A stretch of 64,000 nucleotides of DNA from Antedon mediterranea (lineage: Eukaryota > Animalia > Echinodermata), in contig NC_092673.1 of NCBI RefSeq assembly GCF_964355755.1, forward strand, positions 10,230,001 to 10,294,000, in the 5' to 3' direction. Position numbers and translations under genes: made by a program. Positions 56,801 through 64,000 of the stretch are shown here, one piece after another. How positions within the stretch are numbered: position 1 is the first letter of the stretch; each line of letters starts with the position of its first letter. The notes beneath the pieces are model-generated. The model was not told where the DNA came from, did no database searches, and saw nothing but the letters and a program-made list of their open reading frames with translations.

Positions 56801-59800
56801 TTTTAAATGTCAAGCCTAACAAAGTGGACCTTTTTTTAAATCAGAAGCAAAGTTGCATAACATCATTTTACATTGATGGATCATTCATTTCATATAAATA
56901 GACTATTATCAGCTCTTCACTCATCTACTGGTTTGTGGTGTAACCGGTAGTGCTCAGGTTTGAGTTCTCGCAGTAGTGGGTTCGCACCTCTACGAATATT
57001 TTTTTTCTTTTTTTTTTTTAATTGAAAATAAATATTGTTTTTGAAAGTGAGATATTTTGAGTGTTGTAAATGTCAGGCCTAAACAAATGGACCTTTTTTA
57101 AAATCAGAAACAAAGTTGCATGGCATTAATTAATTCTCAGGTTTGAGTGATTTCAATAGTGGGTTCGAACTTCTAGGGATATTTTTTTTCTTTTTTTTTA
57201 TTTGAAAATAAATATTGTTTTTGAAAGTAAGATATTTTTATGGTTTTAAATGTCAAGCCTAACCAAGTGGACGTTTTTTAAATCAGAAACAAAGTTGCAT
57301 AACATCATTTTACATTGATGGATCATTCATTTCATATAAATAGACTATTATCAGCTCTTCACTCATCTACTGGTTTGTGGCGTAACCGGTAGTGCTCAGG
57401 TTTGAGTTCTCGCAGTCGTGAGTTCGAACTTCTACGAATATCTTTTTTCTTTCTTTTTTTTTAATTGAAAATAAATATTGTTTTTAAAAGTGAGATATTT
57501 TGAGTGTTGTAAATGTCAGGCCTAAACAAGTGGACCTTTTTAAAAATCAGAAACAAAGTTGCATGGCATTATTTTTCATTGATTGATCATTCATTTCATA
57601 TAAATATACTATTATCAGCTCCTCAGTCAACTACTGGTTTGTGGCGTAACGGAGAATGCTCAGGTTTGAGTGCTCTCAGTAGTGGGTTCGAACCTCTAGG
57701 GATTTTTTTTCTTTTTTTTTTAATTGAAAATAAATATTATTTTTGAAAGTGAGATATTTTGAGGGTTTGCGGCGTAACGGGTAATGCTCAGGTTTGAGTG
57801 ATTTCAATAGTGGGTTTGAACTTCTAGGGATATTTTTTTTTCTTTTTTTTTTATTTTAAAATAAATATTGTTTTTGAAATTGAGATATTTTTATGGTTTT
57901 AAATGTCAAGCCTAACCAAGTGGACCTTTTTTTAACTCAGAAACAGAGTTGCATGGCATTATTTTTCATTGATTGATCATTCATTTCATATAAATAGACT
58001 ATTATCAGCTCTTCACTCAACTACTGGTTTGTGGCGTAACGGATAATGCTCAGGTTTGAGTGCTCTCAGTAGTGGGTTCGAACCTCTAGGGATTTTTTTT
58101 TTTTTTAAATTGAAAATAAATATTTTTTTCGAAAGTGAGATATTTTGAGGGTTGTAAATATCAGACCTAAACAAGTGGACCTTTTTTAAAATCAGAAACA
58201 AAGTTGCATGGCATTATTTTTCATTGATTGATCATTCATTTCATATAAATAGAGTATTATCAGCTCCTCAGTCATCTACTGGTTTGTGGCGTAACGGGTA
58301 ATGTTCAAGTTTGAGTGCTCTCACTAGTGGGTTCGAACCTCTACGGATATTTTGTTTCTTTTTTTTGGTTTTAATTTAAAATAAATATTGTTTTTGAAAG
58401 TGAGATATTTTTAGGGTTGTAAATGTCAAGCCAAACCAAGTGGACCTTTTTTTAAATCAGAAACAAAGTTGCATAACATCATTTTACATTGATGGATCAT
58501 TGATTTCATATAAATAGACTATTATCAGCTCTTCACTCATCTACTGGTTTGTGGCGTAACCGGTAGTGCTCAGGTTTGAGTTCTCGCAGTAGTGGGTTCG
58601 AACCTCTACGAATTTTGTTTTCTTTCTTTTTTTTTAATTGAAAATAAATATTGTTTTTGAAAGTGAGATATTTTTATGGTTTTAAATGTCAAGCCTAACC
58701 AAGTGGACCTTTTTTTACATCAGAAACAAAGTTGCCTAACATAATTTTACATTGATGGATCATTTATTCCATATAAATAGACTATTATCAGCTCTTCACT
58801 CATCTACTGGTTTGTGGTGTAACCGGTAGTGCTCAGGTTTGAGTTCTCGCAGTAGTGTGTTCGAACCTCCACGAATATTTTTTTCTTTCTTTTTTTTTAA
58901 TTGAAAATAAATATTGTTTTTGAAAGTGAGATATTTTGAGGGTTGCAACTGTCAGGCCTAAACAAGTGAACCTTTTTTAAAATCAGAAACAACGTTGCAT
59001 GGCATTATTTTTCATTGATTTATCATCCATTCATATAAATAGACTATTATTACCTCTTCAGTCATATACTGGTTTACGGCGTAACGGGTAATGCTCAGGT
59101 TTGAGTTATTTCAATAGTGGGTTCGAACTTCTAGGGATATTTTTTTCTTTTTTTTTTATTTGAAAATAAATATTGTTTTTGAAAGTGAGATATTTTTATG
59201 GTTTTAAATGTCAATCCTAACCAAGAGGACATTTTTTTAAATCAGAAACAAAGTTGCATAACATCATTTTACATTGATGGATCATTCATTTCATATAAAT
59301 AGACTATTATCAGCTCTTCACTCATCTACTGGTTTGTGGCGTAACCGGTAATGCTCAGGTTTGAGTTCTCTCAGTAGTGGGTTCGAACCTCTAGGAATAT
59401 TTTTTTTCTTTTTTTTTGGTTTGAAAATAAATATTGTTTTTGAAAGTGAGATATTTTTATGGTTTTAAATGTCAAGACTAACCAAGTGGACCTTTTTTTA
59501 AATCAGAAACAAAGTTGCATAACATCATTTTACATTGATGGATCATTTATTTCATATAAATAGACTATTATCAGCTCTTCACTCATCTACTGGTTTGTGG
59601 CTTAACCGGTAGTGCTCAGGTTTGAGTTCTCGCAGTTGGTGGGTACGAACCTCTAGGAATTTTTTTTTCTTTTTTTTTTGTTTGAAAATAAATATTGTTT
59701 TTGAAAGTGAGATTATTTTATGGTTTTAAATGTCAAGCCTAACCAAGTGGACCTTTTTTAAAATCAGAAACAAAGTTGCATAACATCATTTTACATTGAT

Positions 59801-62800
59801 GGATCATTCATTTCATATAAATAGACTATTATCAGCTCTTCACTCATCTACTGGTTTGTGGCGTAACCGGTAGTGTTCAGGTTTGAGTTCTCGCAGTAGT
59901 GGGTTCGAACATCTACGAATATTTTTATTCTTTCTATTTTTTTAATTGAAAATAAATATTGTTTTTGAAAGTGAGATATTTTGAGTGTTGTAAATGTCAG
60001 ACTTAAACAAGTGGACCTTTTTTAAAATCAGAAACAAAGTTGCATGGCATTATTTTTCATTGATTGATCATTTATTTCATATAAATAGACTATTATCAGC
60101 TCCTCAGTCATCTACTGGTTTGTGGCGTAACGGATAATGCTCAGGTTTGAGTGCTCTCAGTAGTGGGTTCGAACCTCTAGGGGTTTTTTTTCTTTTTTTT
60201 TTAATTGAAAATAAATATTGTTTTTGAAAGTGAGATATTTTGAGGGTTTGCGGCGTAACGGGTAATGCTCAGGTTTGAGTGATTTCAATAGTGGGTTTGA
60301 ACTTCTAGGGATATTTTTTTTTCTTTTTTTTTTATTTGAAAATAAATATTGTTTTTGAAATTGAGATATTTTTATGGTTTTAAATGTCAAGCCTAACCAA
60401 GTGGACCTTTTTTTAACTCAGAAACAGAGTTGCATGGCATTATTTTTCATTGATTGATCATTCATTTAATATAAATAGACTATTATCAGCTCTTCACTCA
60501 ACTACTGGTTTGTGGCGTAACGGATAATGCTCAGGTTTGAGTGCTCTCAGTAGTGGGTTCGAACCTCTAGGGATTTTTTTTTTTTTTAAATTGAAAATAA
60601 ATATTTTTTTTGAAAGTGAGATATTTTGAGGGTTGTAAATATCAGACCTAAACAAGTGGACCTTTTTTAAAATCAGAAACAAAGTTGCATGGCATTATTT
60701 TTCATTGATTGATCATTCATTTCATATAAATAGAGTATTATCAGCTCCTCAGTCATCTACTGGTTTGTGGCGTAACGGGTAATGTTCAAGTTTGAGTGCT
60801 CTCACTAGTGGGTTCGAACCTCTACGGATATTTTGTTTCTTTTTTTTGGTTTTAATTTAAAATAAATATTGTTTTTGAAAGTGAGATATTTTTAGGGTTG
60901 TAAATGTCAAGCCAAACCAAGTGGACCTTTTTTTAAATCAGAAACAAAGTTGCATAACATCATTTTACATTGATGGATCATTGATTTCATATAAATAGAC
61001 TATTATCAGCTCTTCACTCATCTACTGGTTTGTGGCGTAACCGGTAGTGCTCAGGTTTGAGTTCTCGCAGTAGTGGGTTCGAACCTCTACGAATTTTTTT
61101 TTCTTTCTTTTTTTTTAATTGAAAATAAATATTGTTTTTGAAAGTGAGATATTTTTATGGTTTTAAATGTCAAGCCTAACCAAGTGGACCTTTTTTTACA
61201 TCAGAAACAAAGTTGCCTAACATAATTTTACATTGATGGATCATTTATTCCATATAAATAGACTATTATCAGCTCTTCACTCATCTACTGGTTTGTGGTG
61301 TAACCGGTAGTGCTCAGGTTTGAGTTCTCGCAGTAGTGTGTTCGAACCTCCACGAATATTTTTTTCTTTCTTTTTTTTTAATTGAAAATAAATATTGTTT
61401 TTGAAAGTGAGATATTTTGAGTGTTGTAAATGTCAGGCCTAAACAAGTGGACCTTTTTTAAAATCAGAAACAAAGTTGCATGGCATGATTTTTCATTGAT
61501 TGATCATCCATTCATATAAATAGACTATCAGCTCTTCAGTCATATACAGGTTTACGGCGTAACGGGTGATGCTCAGGTTTGAGTTATTTCAATAGTGGGT
61601 TCGAACTTCTAGGGATATTTTTTTCTTTTTTTTTTTATTTGAAAATAAATATTGTTTTTGAAAGTGAGATATTTTTATGGTTTTAAATGTCAATCCTAAC
61701 CAAGTGGACATTTTTTTAAATCAGAAACAAAGTGGCATAACATCATTTTACATTGATGGATCATTCATTTCATATAAATAGACTATTATCAGCTCTTCAC
61801 TCATCTACTGGTTTGTGGCGTAACCGGTAATGCTCAGGTTTGAGTTCTCTCAGTAGTGGGTTCGAACCTCTAGGAATATTTTTTTTCTTTTTTTTTGGTT
61901 TGAAAATAAATATTGTTTTTGAAAGTGAGATATTTTTATGGTTTTAAATGTCAAGACTAACCAAGTGGACCTTTTTTTAAATCAGAAACAAAGTTGCACA
62001 ACATCATTTTACATTGATGGATCATTTATTTCATATAAATAGACTATTATCAGCTCTTCACTCATCTACTGGTTTGTGGCTTAACCGGTAGTGCTCAGGT
62101 TTGAGTTCTCGCAGTTGGTGGGTACGAACCTCTAGGAATTTTTTTTAAATTTTTTTTTAATTGAAAATAAATATTGTTTTTGAAAGTGAGATATTTTGAG
62201 TGTTGTAAATGTCAGGCCTAAACAAGTGGACCTTTTTTAAAATCAGAATCAAAGTTGCATGGCATTATTTTTCATTGATTGATCATGCATTTCATATAAA
62301 TAGACTATTATCAGCCCTTCACTCATCTGCTGGTTTGTGGCGTAACGGATAATGCTCAGGTTTGAGTGCTCTCAGTAGTGGGTTCGAACCTCTAGGGATT
62401 TTTTTTTTTAATTGAAAATAAATATTTTTTTTGAAAATGAGATATTTTTTAGAGTTGTAAATGTCAGGCCTAAAAAAATGGATCTTTTTTAAAATCAGAA
62501 ACAAAGTTGCATGGCATTATTTTTCATTGATTGATCATTCATTTCATATAAATAGACTATTATCAGCTCTTCAGTCATCTACTGGTTTGTGGCGTAACGT
62601 GTATTGCTCAGGTTTGAGTGCTCTGAGTAGTGGGTCGAACCTCCATGGATATTTTTTTTCTTTTTTTTTTCAATTGCAAATAAATATGGTTTTTGAAAGT
62701 GAGATATTTTGAGGGTTGTAAATGTCAGGCCTAAACAAGTGGACCTTTTTTAAAATCAGAAACAAAGTTGCATGGCATTATTTTTCATTGATTGATCATC

Positions 62801-64000
62801 CATTTCATATAAATAGACTATTATCAGCTCTTCAGTCATATACTGGTTTGCGGCGTAACGGGTAATGCTCAGGTTTGAGTGATTTCAATAGTGGGTTCGG
62901 ACTTCTAGGGATATTTTTTTTCTTTTTTTTTTATTTGAAAATAAATATTGTTTTTGAAAGTGAGATATTTTTATGGTTTTAAATGTCAAGCCTAACCAAG
63001 TGGACCTTTTTTAAAATCAGAAACAAAGTTGCATAACATCATTTTACATTGATGGATCATTGATTCCATATAAATAGACTATTATCAGCTCTTCACTCAT
63101 CTACTGGTTTGTGGTGTAACCGGTAGTGCTCAGGTTTGAGTTCTCCAAGTAGTGGGTTCGAACCTCTACGAATATTTTTTTTCTTTCCTTTTTTTTAATT
63201 GAAAATAAATTATATTTTTGAAAGTGAGATATTTTGAGTGTTGTAAATGTCAGGCCTAAACAAGTGGACCTTTTTTAAAATCAGAAACAAAGTTGCATGG
63301 CATTATTTTTCATTGATTGATCATTCATTTCATATAAATAGACTATTATCAGCCCTTTACTCATCTGCTGGTTTGTGGCGTAACGGATAATGCTCAGGTT
63401 TGAGTGCTCTCAGTAGTGGGTTCGAACCTCTAGAGATTTTTTTTTTTTTAAATTGAAAATAAATATTTTTTTTTAAAGTGAGATATTTTGAGGGTTGTAA
63501 ATATCAGGCCTAAACAAGTGGACCTTTTTTAAAATCAGAAACAAAGTTGCATGGCATTATTTTTCATTGATTTATTATTTATTTCATATAAATAGAGTAT
63601 TATCAGCTCTTCAGTCATCTACTGGTTTGTGGCGTAACGGGTAATGTTCAAGTTTGAGTGCTCTCACTAGTGGGTTCGAACCTCTACGGATATTTTGTTT
63701 CTTTTTTTTGGTTTTAATTTAAAATAAATATTGTTTTTGAAAGTGAGATATTTTGAGGGTTGTAAATGTCAAGCCAAACCAAGTGGACCTTTTTTTAAAT
63801 CAGAAACAAAGTTGCATAACATCAGTTTACATTGATGGATCATTGATTTCATATAAATAGACTATTATCAGCTCTTCACTCATCTACTGGTTTGTGGCGT
63901 AACCGGTAGTGCTCAGGTTTGAGTTCTCGCAGTAGTGGGTTCGAACCTCTACGAATTTTTTTTTCTTTCTTTTTTTTTAATTGAAAATAAATATTGTTTT
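53851..64000 (+). repeat. ~260-bp tRNA-derived satellite, about 40 copies, continues beyond the window
   Basis: Monomer: ..TATAAATAGACTATTATCAGCTCTTCAGTCATCTACTGGTTTGTGGCGTAACGGGTAATGCTCAGGTTTGAGTGCTCTCAGTAGTGGGTTCGAACCTCTAGGGA(T)n..; several subfamilies and a ~2.48-kb higher-order duplication. Confidence 0.95.

Noticed and set aside
53849-62712. Recurrent 60-80-aa ORFs (MFLILKKVHLF..., MSGLNKWTF...), also at 8605 and 9240
   Set aside because: Open by chance in 260-bp monomers; the frame depends on variable poly-T length.
53851-64000. Array of functional tRNA genes
   Set aside because: A and B boxes are present, but acceptor, anticodon and T stems do not form a canonical cloverleaf.

Overview
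Animal (probably marine invertebrate) genomic DNA in three zones. (1) 1-~4300: a spliced minus-strand Chapaev/RAG1-like DDE transposase gene. It has a RAG1-type N-terminus (Chapa zinc finger, C3HC4 RING, ZFA-like finger, GRP motif). Eight phase-consistent GT-AG exons can be read, with a single +1 frameshift in a G homopolymer. The gene runs off the window, and intron 2 carries a TTAA-flanked MITE. (2) ~4314-8270: an abruptly GC/CpG-rich, intronless island with a frameshifted Ser/Thr kinase gene and a disrupted 4xBIR-UBA-RING IAP gene. This is a candidate endogenous large-DNA-virus fragment or other foreign cargo. (3) ~8270-64000: a nested, roughly mirror-symmetric satellite domain. In order it holds a ~260-bp tRNA-derived array (minus), 33 kb of CGCTGATCTAT(CT)n satellite with kb-scale higher-order duplications, a 20-bp-repeat element, an ~86-bp satellite core, the same CT satellite inverted, the 20-bp element inverted, a solitary tRNA-like gene, and the 260-bp array again (plus). 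Each 260-bp monomer carries TATA + A box + B box + oligo-T, so it looks like a complete Pol III mini-gene. All calls come from reading the sequence by eye; no database searches were run.
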